A DNA stretch of 64,000 nucleotides, taken from an uncultured Thermoleophilia bacterium (lineage in GTDB: Bacteria; Actinomycetota; Thermoleophilia; UBA2241). Positions 49,434 through 58,112 of the stretch are shown here, piece after piece. Location: contig CAVPCT010000009.1 of NCBI GenBank assembly GCA_963702475.1, forward strand, positions 128,001 through 192,000, given 5' to 3'. The position numbers were made by a program, and so were the translations under genes. Below the pieces are notes generated by a model. The model saw only the letters and a list, made by a program, of their open reading frames with translations, was not told the DNA's origin and ran no database searches. Numbering within the stretch: position 1 is the first letter of the stretch; the number at the start of each line of letters is the position of its first letter.

Positions 49434-52403
49434 ATGCCTGACGTCGTTCCCGCGCACCTCAAGCTGCGCGCCGTCCTGTACGGCCTCGGCACGCTGCTGC
49501 GCGTGCGCGCGGCGGCCGACGCCGGCTTCCGCGCGCTGCTGGCGCGCCGGGACGCCGTCTTCCAGATCCGCCTGGCGGACGGCTCGGAGGCGCGCTGGTT
49601 CGCCGTCCGCGGCGGGCAGGTGACGTCCAAGGGCGGCGTGCACTCACGTCCTGACGCCGCCCTCGTGTTCGGTACGCCGCACGCCGCCCTGACGATGCTC
49701 AGCCTCAAGCCCGACTACCTCGGGCGCATCGAGGCGGCCAAGAACTTCCAGCTCGCCATGGAGGGTGACGACGACGTTGTCGGCTGGATGCTTGAGGTGC
49801 TCGCGCGCGCCGCCGGGGGCGAGCCCGAGTACGGGCTCGACCTCGGCGGCGGCGTGCGCCGCTACACCAACAACACCAACGGCGGGCCCGTGCACGTGGA
49901 CGTCAAGCACGGGCGCATCCTGCGCGTCACGCCCATCGAGTTCAGCGACGAGGACGCGCCGTCCTGGTCGATCACTGCGCGCGGCCGGCGCTTCGCCCCG
50001 CCGCGCAAGACGAGCCTCGCACCTCACGCGCTCTCGGCGCGGTCGACCGTGTACTCGCCCGACCGCCTGCTGTACCCGCTGAGGCGCGTCGACTTCGACC
50101 CGCACGGCGACCGGCACCCGGAGACCCGCGGCGTGGCCGAGTACGAGCGCATCAGCTGGGACGAGGCACTCGACCTCGTGGCCGGCGAGCTGATGCGCGT
50201 GCGCCGCGAGCACGGCCCGGGCTCCGTCTTCACGGCGCACGGCTCGCATCACACCTGGGGCACGCTCGGCTATTTCCTGAGCGCTCACCGGCGGTTCTTC
50301 AACACCGTCGGCTCGACGCGGATGCTGCACAACCCGGACAGCTGGGAGGGCTGGGCCTGGGGCGCCGAGCACCACTGGGGCCACAGCATGCGCGCCGGCG
50401 GGGGAGAGTTCTACGGCACGGTGGAGGACCTGCTGCGCGAGTGCGAGCTGGTCGTGTTCTGGGCGAGCGACCCGGAGGCGACCACCGGCATCTACGCCGG
50501 CATGGAGGGCACCGCCCGCCGGCGCTGGCTGCAGGAGCTCGGGATTCCCTGCGTACACATCGACCCGTTCCTGAACCACACGGCCTCGTGGCTCGGCGGC
50601 ACGTGGCTGGCGCCGCGACCGACGACGAGCGTCGCGCTGGCGCACGCGATCGCCTGGGTGTGGCTGACGGAGGGCCTGTACGACGAGCAGTACGTCGCGG
50701 AGCGCACCACAGGCTTCGAGGCGTGGCGCGACTACCTGCTGGGCGCGGACGACGGCGTGCCCAAGACGCCGGAGTGGCAGGAGCCGGAGACCGGCGTCCC
50801 CGCGCGCAAGGTCCGCGCCCTGGCGCGCGAGTGGGCGACGAAGAAGACGTACCTGGCGGTCGGCGGCCCCGGCAACACGTTCGGCGGCGCCTGCCGCTCG
50901 GCCACGGGCATCGAGTGGGCGCGCTCGATGGTCTATCTCATGGCGATGCGCGGGCTCGGCAAGCCGGGCGTCAACTTCGGCAACCTGCAGTTCGGCGCGC
51001 CGCTCGACACCACGTTCTACTTCCCCGGCTACGGTGAGGGCGGCCTCTCCGGCGACCTCGAGGGCACCATGATGTCCGCGCACCTGTACCAGCGCGTGCC
51101 CCAGCTCCCGACGATGAACCCGGTGGGGCAGAGCATCCCGCGCCTGCGGATCCCGGAGGCCCTGCTGGACGGGCGGGCCGAGGGCTACGCCTTCAGCCCG
51201 CCCACGGTGCAGGGCCAGTTCCGCCGCACCGTGTACCCGGAGCCCGGCTACTCGCAGGTGCGGCTGTACTACAAGTACGGCGGCTCGTTCTTCGGAACGA
51301 TGACAGAGACGAACCGGTACGTGCGCGCCTACCGGGCTCCGGATCTGGAGTTCGTCGTCAACCAGTCGATCTGGTTCGAGGGCGAGGCCCGGTTCGCCGA
51401 CGTGGTCCTGCCGGCGTGCACGAACTACGAGCGCTGGGACATCAGCGAATGGGCCAACTCGAGCGGCATCCTCGTGAACGGCATGACGCAGTGCAACCAC
51501 CGCGTGATCGTGCTGCAGCACAAGTGCATCGAGCCGCTCGGTGAGTCACGCTCGGACTGGAGCATCTTCGCGGCGCTGGCGGCGCGGATGGGGCTGGCGG
51601 CGCCGTTTGCCGAGGGGAGCAACGAGCTGGAGTGGGTGCGTCGGACCTTCGAGGGCAGCGACCTGCCGAAGGCTGTCTCGTGGCGCGAGTTCCTCAAGAA
51701 GGGGTACTACGTGGTGCCGCCGCCGGCTGAAGGGACGCCGAAGCCGGTGGCCTACCGCTGGTTCGCCGAGGGCCGCCCGAAGGACACGCCCGACCTGCAG
51801 CCGCTGCCGGGCGACTACGCCGGGAAGTTCGGCGAGGGCCTGCAGACGCAGTCCGGCAAGATCGAGTTCGTCTCGTCCAGCCTGACCCGCTTCGACCCTC
51901 ACGACCTGGAGCGGCCTCCGCTGGGCCGGTATCATCCCTCCTGGGAGGGACCGGCCCAGACCGAGCTGGCTGCGAAGTACCCGCTCCAGTTGATCTCGCC
52001 GCACCCGCGCTTCAGTCATCACACGCTCGACGACGGCAAGGACAGCTTCGTCAACGACGTGGTTGACCACCGCGTGCTGGTCGACGGCCGTTACTACTGG
52101 ATCGCGCGGCTCAATCCGCAGGACGCCGCCGCGCGGGGTATCGCCGACGGCGACCTCGTCCGGCTCTTCAACGACCGCGGCGCCGTGGTGTGCGCCGCCC
52201 GGCTCACGGAGCGCGTGCGGCCGGGCGTCGTGCACTCCTACGAGTCGTCCGCGGTGTACGAACCGTCCGGCGAGCCCGGCGCGTCCGCCGACCTGGGCGG
52301 CTGCGTGAACATCCTGACGCCCAGCCGTCCCATCGCCGCCAAGACGCACAGCATGGCGCCGAACTCGTGCCTGATCGAGGTGGAGGCCTGGGACAAGGCG
52401 TAA
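49434..52403 (+). CDS. Third transhydroxylase-family Mo-bisPGD alpha subunit with N-terminal SCP2-like domain (start uncertain)
   Basis: About 140-aa extension, then TNNTNGGPV, GSHHTWG, HNPDSWEGW, FYFPGYGEGG, ACTNYERWDISEWAN, SPHPRFS. Confidence 0.9.
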   Translation: MPDVVPAHLKLRAVLYGLGTLLRVRAAADAGFRALLARRDAVFQIRLADGSEARWFAVRGGQVTSKGGVHSRPDAALVFGTPHAALTMLSLKPDYLGRIEAAKNFQLAMEGDDDVVGWMLEVLARAAGGEPEYGLDLGGGVRRYTNNTNGGPVHVDVKHGRILRVTPIEFSDEDAPSWSITARGRRFAPPRKTSLAPHALSARSTVYSPDRLLYPLRRVDFDPHGDRHPETRGVAEYERISWDEALDLVAGELMRVRREHGPGSVFTAHGSHHTWGTLGYFLSAHRRFFNTVGSTRMLHNPDSWEGWAWGAEHHWGHSMRAGGGEFYGTVEDLLRECELVVFWASDPEATTGIYAGMEGTARRRWLQELGIPCVHIDPFLNHTASWLGGTWLAPRPTTSVALAHAIAWVWLTEGLYDEQYVAERTTGFEAWRDYLLGADDGVPKTPEWQEPETGVPARKVRALAREWATKKTYLAVGGPGNTFGGACRSATGIEWARSMVYLMAMRGLGKPGVNFGNLQFGAPLDTTFYFPGYGEGGLSGDLEGTMMSAHLYQRVPQLPTMNPVGQSIPRLRIPEALLDGRAEGYAFSPPTVQGQFRRTVYPEPGYSQVRLYYKYGGSFFGTMTETNRYVRAYRAPDLEFVVNQSIWFEGEARFADVVLPACTNYERWDISEWANSSGILVNGMTQCNHRVIVLQHKCIEPLGESRSDWSIFAALAARMGLAAPFAEGSNELEWVRRTFEGSDLPKAVSWREFLKKGYYVVPPPAEGTPKPVAYRWFAEGRPKDTPDLQPLPGDYAGKFGEGLQTQSGKIEFVSSSLTRFDPHDLERPPLGRYHPSWEGPAQTELAAKYPLQLISPHPRFSHHTLDDGKDSFVNDVVDHRVLVDGRYYWIARLNPQDAAARGIADGDLVRLFNDRGAVVCAARLTERVRPGVVHSYESSAVYEPSGEPGASADLGGCVNILTPSRPIAAKTHSMAPNSCLIEVEAWDKA

Positions 52404-52496
52404 CGGCGTCCCCATGGAACGCCGCTTCGGCCTGTGCTAGAACGGGGTGGGTTCGGTGGCGGGGACCGAACGGACCAGCGGGCCAGGAGGGGACCG

Positions 52497-52574
52497 ATGG
52501 ACTACCGGATCATCATTTTCATGCACCTGCAGCGCATCCTCAGCTTTCTCGGCGGGTACTTCCCCTACTACTGA
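52497..52574 (+). CDS. Candidate 25-aa small peptide MDYRIIIFMHLQRILSFLGGYFPYY
   Basis: Strong RBS AGGAGGGG, possible extended -10 TGcTAGAAC at 52435, leader hairpin at 52451-52471. Confidence 0.45.
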   Translation: MDYRIIIFMHLQRILSFLGGYFPYY

Positions 52575-52629
52575 GCCGCACCAGGGCGGCGGCCGGCGGC
52601 GGTGAGGCCGCGCTCACCCGCGCCGAGCC

Positions 52630-53391
52630 TCAGAGGCACATCCCCCGGTCGACCACCAGCACCTGCCCGGTGACGTACCGCGCAGCGTCGCTGGCCAGGA
52701 AGAGGATCGCCTCCGCCTGGTCGAGCACGTCGGACTCGCCGACGCTCATGTCGGTGTGCCGGGCGCAGATGGCCATGAACTCCCGGTCGAACTGCTCCAG
52801 CTTCTCCGGCAGGTTGAGCTCGGTGGGCGTCGGGCCGGGGCAGACGGCGTTGCAGCGGATCCCGGTGCCCGCGTACTGGATGGCGATGTTCTTCGTCAGG
52901 CCGATGACGCCGTACTTGGAGGCGGAGTACGCGGCGCCGCCGTTGCCGTAGACGCCGGCGATGGACGAGACGTTGACGATGCTGCCGGCCTGTCCCTCGT
53001 GGGCGCGCAGCAGGAACTCGCGGCAGAAGGAGAAGGTGCCGGTGAGGTTGACGGCGAGAACGGTGTCCCAGAGGTCGTCCGTCACGCGGATCGTCGGCGT
53101 GTGACGATCGACGATGCCCGCGTTGTTGACGAGGACGTCGATGCGTCCGAAGCGCTTGACGGTCTCGTCGCACACGTTGCGGCAGTCGTCGACGACGGTG
53201 ACGTCGGCGGGCAGGACGAAGGCCCTTCCGCCCGCCGCCTCGATGCGGTCGGCGACCTCTGCGAGCTTGTCGGCGCGGCGCGCGACCAGGACGACGGTCG
53301 CCCCCTCGCGCGCGAACAGTTCCGCTGTCGCCTCGCCGATGCCGGCGTTGGCTCCGGTGATGATGGCGATCTTGCCGACCAGCCTGTCCAA
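52630..53391 (-). CDS. Short-chain dehydrogenase/reductase (basic ARR after beta2, likely NADP)
   Basis: TGANAGIG, VARR, NNAG, YSASK; TTG start with GAGGAGG. Confidence 0.93.
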   Translation of the reverse strand: MDRLVGKIAIITGANAGIGEATAELFAREGATVVLVARRADKLAEVADRIEAAGGRAFVLPADVTVVDDCRNVCDETVKRFGRIDVLVNNAGIVDRHTPTIRVTDDLWDTVLAVNLTGTFSFCREFLLRAHEGQAGSIVNVSSIAGVYGNGGAAYSASKYGVIGLTKNIAIQYAGTGIRCNAVCPGPTPTELNLPEKLEQFDREFMAICARHTDMSVGESDVLDQAEAILFLASDAARYVTGQVLVVDRGMCL

Positions 53392-53402
53392 GTCCGTCCT
53401 CC

Positions 53403-54161
53403 TCAGGTGCGCGTGGCGCCGCCGTCCACGGACAGCGCCTGGCCGGTGATGAACGCGGCCTCGTCGGAGGCCAGGTAGAGCACGGCGCTGGCGACCTCTT
53501 CCGGCGTGCCGACACGGTGCAGCGGCACGATGCTCACGATCTCTTCGGGCACCTGGTCGGCGAAGACGCGCGTCAGCCCCGGCGTGGCGACGGGCCCGGG
53601 GCAGACGCAGTTGACGGTGATGTCGTAGGCCGCGGCCTCCAGAGCCAGCGCCTTGGTGAAGGCGATCACGCCGCCCTTGACGGCCGAGTACACCGCCATG
53701 TTGGGGCCACCGATCTTGCCTGCGACGGCGCCGGTCGTGATGATCCTGCCGTATCCGCGCGCCATCATCCCGGGGAGCACGGCCCGGCAGGCGCGGAGCG
53801 TGCTCGTGAGGTTCATCGCGATCATGCGCGCCCAGAAGTCCTCGTTCTGTTCGACGAACGGCTTCTGCGGGGCGAGGTCGGGGTCGCCGCCGGCGTAGGT
53901 GAACAGGACGTCGGCCTTGCCGAACTCGGCCTCCGCCGTGTCAATCATGCGGGTGACGGTCTCCGGGTCGGTGATGTCACCGGGCGCGAGCGCGATCCTG
54001 CCGCCGCTTGCGCAGATCGCGGCGGCCAGGGTCTCGAGGCCCGCCGCGTCGATGTCGTTGACGACGACCGCGGCGCCCTCGGCGGCGAAGCCGAGCACGG
54101 CGGCTCTTCCCATCCCTGCTGCGCCGCCGGTCACGACGGCGACCTTCTCAGTGAAACGCAT
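53403..54161 (-). CDS. Short-chain dehydrogenase/reductase
   Basis: TGGAAGMG, VNDID, YSAVK. Confidence 0.93.
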   Translation of the reverse strand: MRFTEKVAVVTGGAAGMGRAAVLGFAAEGAAVVVNDIDAAGLETLAAAICASGGRIALAPGDITDPETVTRMIDTAEAEFGKADVLFTYAGGDPDLAPQKPFVEQNEDFWARMIAMNLTSTLRACRAVLPGMMARGYGRIITTGAVAGKIGGPNMAVYSAVKGGVIAFTKALALEAAAYDITVNCVCPGPVATPGLTRVFADQVPEEIVSIVPLHRVGTPEEVASAVLYLASDEAAFITGQALSVDGGATRT

Positions 54162-54194
54162 GGGTCTCCTCAGCCTCTTCGGGTGACAGCGACA

Positions 54195-55151
54195 TCAGAG
54201 GGCCAGGCGGGCCGGCGCCTGTCGGTTCAGGTCCGCCGGCACCGGCGGCCCCTGTTCGATCAGCCGGTCGACGAGCTCACGATAGCCGTCGAGCCGCTCC
54301 GCGACGTCGTTGGTGCCCGTGTACGCCGCCTCCACGGCGAGGAACAGGAACACGTGCGTGAGCATGGTATCGCGCTGGTCGTAGTCGTTGTCCCAGGCGG
54401 CGCGCATCACGGCTTGCTCGTTGGCGCCGAAGAGGCTGTAGGCAACGAGTTCGTCCGGGACCGGCGGAGCGTCCGGGTTGCAGCGCAGGCCCGCGAGGTC
54501 CTCCGTGGGCCCGGAGGCGATGATGCGGAGCGCCTCTTGCACGGCCGCGCGGGTCTCCGAGTCCTCCTGCAGCGCCTCGGCGCGCGCGAGGCCGAGCAGG
54601 TCCGGGCTCAGCCGCTGCACGCCCCAGAACGCGTAGGTGCGCATGATGAGGCGTACGACCGGGTCGGGCTCGTCGGCGAGCGGCGGCTCGATGAGGCTGT
54701 TCATCCAGCGCACGAACACGCTGAAGGACTCGATGAACAGCTGCCGCTTGGTGCTGAAGTGCTGATAGAAGACGGGCAGGGTGATGCCGACCTCGGCGAT
54801 GATGTCGCCGATGCGCGCGCGCTTGTAGCCGTGGCGGGCGAAGTGGCGCGCCGCCGCCTGCAGGATCGCGGCGCGCGTCTCCGCCGTGCGGCGGGCGACG
54901 AGGTCGGGCTCGGCCGCCGCCTGCTGCTCGATGAGCGGCCGGATGCTCGCGCGGATCGAGTCGAGGTCGGCGCCGGCGGTCTTGAGGCGGCGGATCTCCG
55001 TGAGCAGCGCGACGTGCGTGTCGCTGTACAACGCACGGCTGGCCGCCGCCTTCTGTGCCTGCGGCAGCAGGCCCTCGCGCACGTAGAAGTAGATCGTGCT
55101 GCGCGGCGTGCTCGTCGCTGCTTCGAGCTCCGTGATCGTCAGCGCCCTCAC
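54195..55151 (-). CDS. Second MerR-HTH / TetR fusion regulator (paralog of 2693-3646)
   Basis: RALTITELE..RSTIYFYVREGLLPQAQKA, RARIGDII..FSTKRQLF, GPTEDL, DELVAYSLFGA. Confidence 0.9.
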   Translation of the reverse strand: MRALTITELEAATSTPRSTIYFYVREGLLPQAQKAAASRALYSDTHVALLTEIRRLKTAGADLDSIRASIRPLIEQQAAAEPDLVARRTAETRAAILQAAARHFARHGYKRARIGDIIAEVGITLPVFYQHFSTKRQLFIESFSVFVRWMNSLIEPPLADEPDPVVRLIMRTYAFWGVQRLSPDLLGLARAEALQEDSETRAAVQEALRIIASGPTEDLAGLRCNPDAPPVPDELVAYSLFGANEQAVMRAAWDNDYDQRDTMLTHVFLFLAVEAAYTGTNDVAERLDGYRELVDRLIEQGPPVPADLNRQAPARLAL

Positions 55152-55168
55152 GCGCCCTCCGTCTGCGA

Positions 55169-55198
55169 TTGACACGACCTTGCGCAGAACTCTAGCAT
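55169..55198 (+). promoter_or_regulatory. Putative promoter TTGACA-N18-TAGCAT for the 55.3-63.3 kb operon
   Basis: Consensus -35 in the divergent intergenic region. Confidence 0.6.
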
Positions 55199-55274
55199 GC
55201 ATAGCAACTATTCCAAGTCCTATAGCTCGCCGTCGCAGCCCGGCGGCGGAGATGCCAGGAGGTAGCGGGGAGAC

Positions 55275-55529
55275 ATGAACCAGGTCCTCATCGACTTCGA
55301 CGCGTGCACCGGCTGCAAGACCTGTTACCGGGCCTGTTTCGCCGACGTGATCCGCTGGGACGCGGAGGCGAAGCTGCCCCTCGTCGCGTACCCGGAAGAC
55401 TGCGTGCACTGCAACCTCTGCGAGATCAGCTGCAAGGACGAGGCCATCACCATCGTGGCCGACTGGGACGTGCCGTACCCGCCGGTCATCGAGCGCGGGT
55501 TCCCGTACAGAGTGGGAGGCCTGCGATGA
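55275..55529 (+). CDS. 2x[4Fe-4S] ferredoxin (AprB-like)
   Basis: CTGCKTCYRAC and AYPEDCVHCNLCEISC. Confidence 0.92.
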   Translation: MNQVLIDFDACTGCKTCYRACFADVIRWDAEAKLPLVAYPEDCVHCNLCEISCKDEAITIVADWDVPYPPVIERGFPYRVGGLR

Positions 55530-57253
55530 CCGACCTCTCGCATCTCGGCCGGATCGAGACCGCAGACATCCTGGTGGTCGGCGGCGGCATCGGGGGTCTG
55601 GTCGCCGCCGTCGCGGCGAAGGAGAAGAACCCGGACGCCGACGTGCTCGTCGTCGAGCGCGCGACCTGCGGCTGGGCCGGCCAGGCCAACAAGGGGGCCG
55701 GCATCTGGTGGTACCTCGCCCCCGAGGACGACGCGGACGCGTTCGTGAAGTTCCACTGCGACCACATCGGCCACTACATCGAGGACCAGGAGCTGCTCGC
55801 CGAGTTCGGGCGCGAGAGCATGGACACGCTCGAGCGCATGGACGGCTGGACGCACAAGTTCCAGCGCCGTGAAGACGGGCAGTTCATCCACAAGCGCTTC
55901 AAGCCGTTCCTGCCCTGGAGCCTCACCGGCGCCGACCTCGACCTCATGCGCGTGCTCGCACGCCACGCGAAGAGGCTCGGCGTGCGCTTCATCGACAAGA
56001 CGTCGCTCACCGACCTGCTCACCGACGGCGGCCGCGTGGCCGGCGCCGTCGGCTTCGACCTGCTGGACGGCTCGCCCATCATCGTGCAGGCGCCGGCCGC
56101 CATCATCGCCACCGGCGGCCAGAGCTACCGCATCATGGGAATGTGGAGCTGCCAGCGCGGCGACGGCCTGGGTATGGCATGGCGCGCCGGAGCCGAGATG
56201 CGCAACGCCGAGTGGGGCCCGTTCGCCCAGCTCGCCGGCATCCGCGGCAAGGAGCCGCTCATCGGCGCGGAGGACGCCCTGTACAACGCGTGGCACGAGA
56301 AGCTCTCGCCGCGGTTCCGCGGCGAGTACGAGGCCGACGTGTGCGGCATGACCAGCGCCACCTGGTACAAGGAGATGGTGGCAGGCAACGGGCCGCTCGT
56401 GACGTTCCACCCGGAGAACTGGATGCTCGCCAACACCACCGAGGACGTTGAAGGCGGCACCGTGTGGGACCGCCCCGTCGCCGTGAAGTTCTGGACGACG
56501 CTCATCAGCCGCATCCGCGCCGCCGACGCGCCGGGCGCCTTTCTCGAGGTGTACCCGGCCGTACTCGGCGAGCTCTCGCCGATCAAGGTCGACCACCAGA
56601 TGGCGACGACGGTGCCGGGTCTCTACGCCTGCGGCAACGCCTGCTACAACGGCTCAGGCCTGCCCGGCGCCGTGCCCGCCTCGCCCGGGCGCATGCGCGG
56701 AGCCGGGCTCTACGGCGCCACCTTCATGGGCATCCGCGCCGGCGAGTCGGCGGCAGCCCAGGTGTCTCGCGCCGCGTCGCCCAAGCCCGACGCGGCGCAG
56801 GCCGAGGCGCTGGTCCACGAGGCACTCGCGCCGCTCGAGCGCGCTGATGGCACACCGGCCATGGACCTCGTCAAGGCCGTGCAGTACGCCGTGAACCCCG
56901 TCGGCTACTCGATCTACAAGAGCGAAGAGCGCATGAACGAGGCGCTCCAGCTCGTCCTGGACGTCAAGGAGCGCCTGCACCAGGCCAAGGCGGCCGACCC
57001 GCACTACCTGGTGGCCGCCCACGACGCGCGCAACATGGTCCTGAGCGCCGAGCTCTTCTACCGCACGGCGCTCGAGCGCAAGGAGTCGCGTGGCTGGTTC
57101 ATCCGCGAGGACTACCCCGAGCGCGACGACGCGCACTGGCTCAAGTGGATCAACGCCGCCGCCAGCGCGGGCGGCGGCGACATGCGCATCTGGACCGAGG
57201 ACGTGCCGCTGGAGCAGTACCCGTTCCGGCCGGCCGCAGCCGAGAGGAGCTGA
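55526..57253 (+). CDS. AprA/SdhA-superfamily flavoprotein
   Basis: GGGIGG, IATGG, GDGLGMAWRAGAEMRN, TTVPGLYACG, ALERKESRG..REDYPERDD. Confidence 0.88.
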   Translation: MTDLSHLGRIETADILVVGGGIGGLVAAVAAKEKNPDADVLVVERATCGWAGQANKGAGIWWYLAPEDDADAFVKFHCDHIGHYIEDQELLAEFGRESMDTLERMDGWTHKFQRREDGQFIHKRFKPFLPWSLTGADLDLMRVLARHAKRLGVRFIDKTSLTDLLTDGGRVAGAVGFDLLDGSPIIVQAPAAIIATGGQSYRIMGMWSCQRGDGLGMAWRAGAEMRNAEWGPFAQLAGIRGKEPLIGAEDALYNAWHEKLSPRFRGEYEADVCGMTSATWYKEMVAGNGPLVTFHPENWMLANTTEDVEGGTVWDRPVAVKFWTTLISRIRAADAPGAFLEVYPAVLGELSPIKVDHQMATTVPGLYACGNACYNGSGLPGAVPASPGRMRGAGLYGATFMGIRAGESAAAQVSRAASPKPDAAQAEALVHEALAPLERADGTPAMDLVKAVQYAVNPVGYSIYKSEERMNEALQLVLDVKERLHQAKAADPHYLVAAHDARNMVLSAELFYRTALERKESRGWFIREDYPERDDAHWLKWINAAASAGGGDMRIWTEDVPLEQYPFRPAAAERS

Positions 57254-57257
57254 CCCG

Positions 57258-58112
57258 ATGGCGACCAGCAGGGAGTGCGCCGCGCGCGAACCCGCGCCGC
57301 TCACGGCGGAAGAGCAGGCCAGGCCGTACGCCAAGTACTACACGATGGACCTGGGCGGGGCCGACCCGGCAGCCCTGGAGCTCATGGCCCGCGACCGGCA
57401 GGTCCCGCAGGGCAAGATGCTCATGCCGGAGGACCTGGACAGGCTGCTCGACCCGGGCAACTTCGAGGTCGAGACCGGCTGGGGCATGATGGACAACGGC
57501 GCCGGTTACATCGCCATGCGCCACGAGATGCCGGGCGTCACCGTCGAGATGATCGACTGGTGGTTCGCCTGGCACCCCCTCGAGCCGCTGCGCTACCGCA
57601 TCTGGTACCCGCAGTACCACCTGGGCATCGGTCTCGACGAGTGGGTGCGTCCCCGCCTCAAGGACCCCGACGTCCCCGTGCGCGACAAGGTCGAGCAGGT
57701 CGTCCACCACGTGACCGAGGACACGGGCTGCGGCACCGAGCACATCGACATCCACTTCCTCACGCCGGAGCAGATGGGCTTCGACATGAACCGCTGGCAC
57801 GCGCCCAACGTGGGCACCTTCGTCGGCGGCTTCGGCTTCAGCCTCAACGAGCACCAGCCGGCGGATCTCCCCGCGGCGCCGGCCATCATGGTCCACTTCG
57901 TGCGCGAGATGGACGGCGGCGTGGAGTGGCGCACGCGCTTCTGGATGGGCTACACCATCATGGGCGGCCACCCGGTGTGCATGCTGCCGCCGGGCGTGCG
58001 CATCCCCGAAGAGGTGCCGCACGGCCTCGCCAACCACAACGTGCACGAGTACGGGCGCCTCAAGGCGCTGCTGCCGCTGATCTACGCCGAGCTCGGCGGC
58101 ACCTACGCATGA
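57258..58112 (+). CDS. PhlG / phloretin hydrolase family C-C hydrolase
   Basis: MPGVTVEMIDWWFAWHPLEPLRYRIWYPQYH, HHVTED, RTRFWMGY, HNVHE..LLPLIY. Confidence 0.9.
   Translation: MATSRECAAREPAPLTAEEQARPYAKYYTMDLGGADPAALELMARDRQVPQGKMLMPEDLDRLLDPGNFEVETGWGMMDNGAGYIAMRHEMPGVTVEMIDWWFAWHPLEPLRYRIWYPQYHLGIGLDEWVRPRLKDPDVPVRDKVEQVVHHVTEDTGCGTEHIDIHFLTPEQMGFDMNRWHAPNVGTFVGGFGFSLNEHQPADLPAAPAIMVHFVREMDGGVEWRTRFWMGYTIMGGHPVCMLPPGVRIPEEVPHGLANHNVHEYGRLKALLPLIYAELGGTYA

Noticed and set aside
49343-49441. Short RGD-repeat ORF and an in-frame TGA at 49419 upstream of the Mo enzyme (possible selenocysteine readthrough)
   Set aside because: No RBS, no evident SECIS, and the position is non-catalytic; more likely untranslated leader or an indel artefact.
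55526-57253. True APS reductase or succinate dehydrogenase call
   Set aside because: No sulfur-pathway or membrane-anchor partners and diagnostic motifs are missing; kept at superfamily level.
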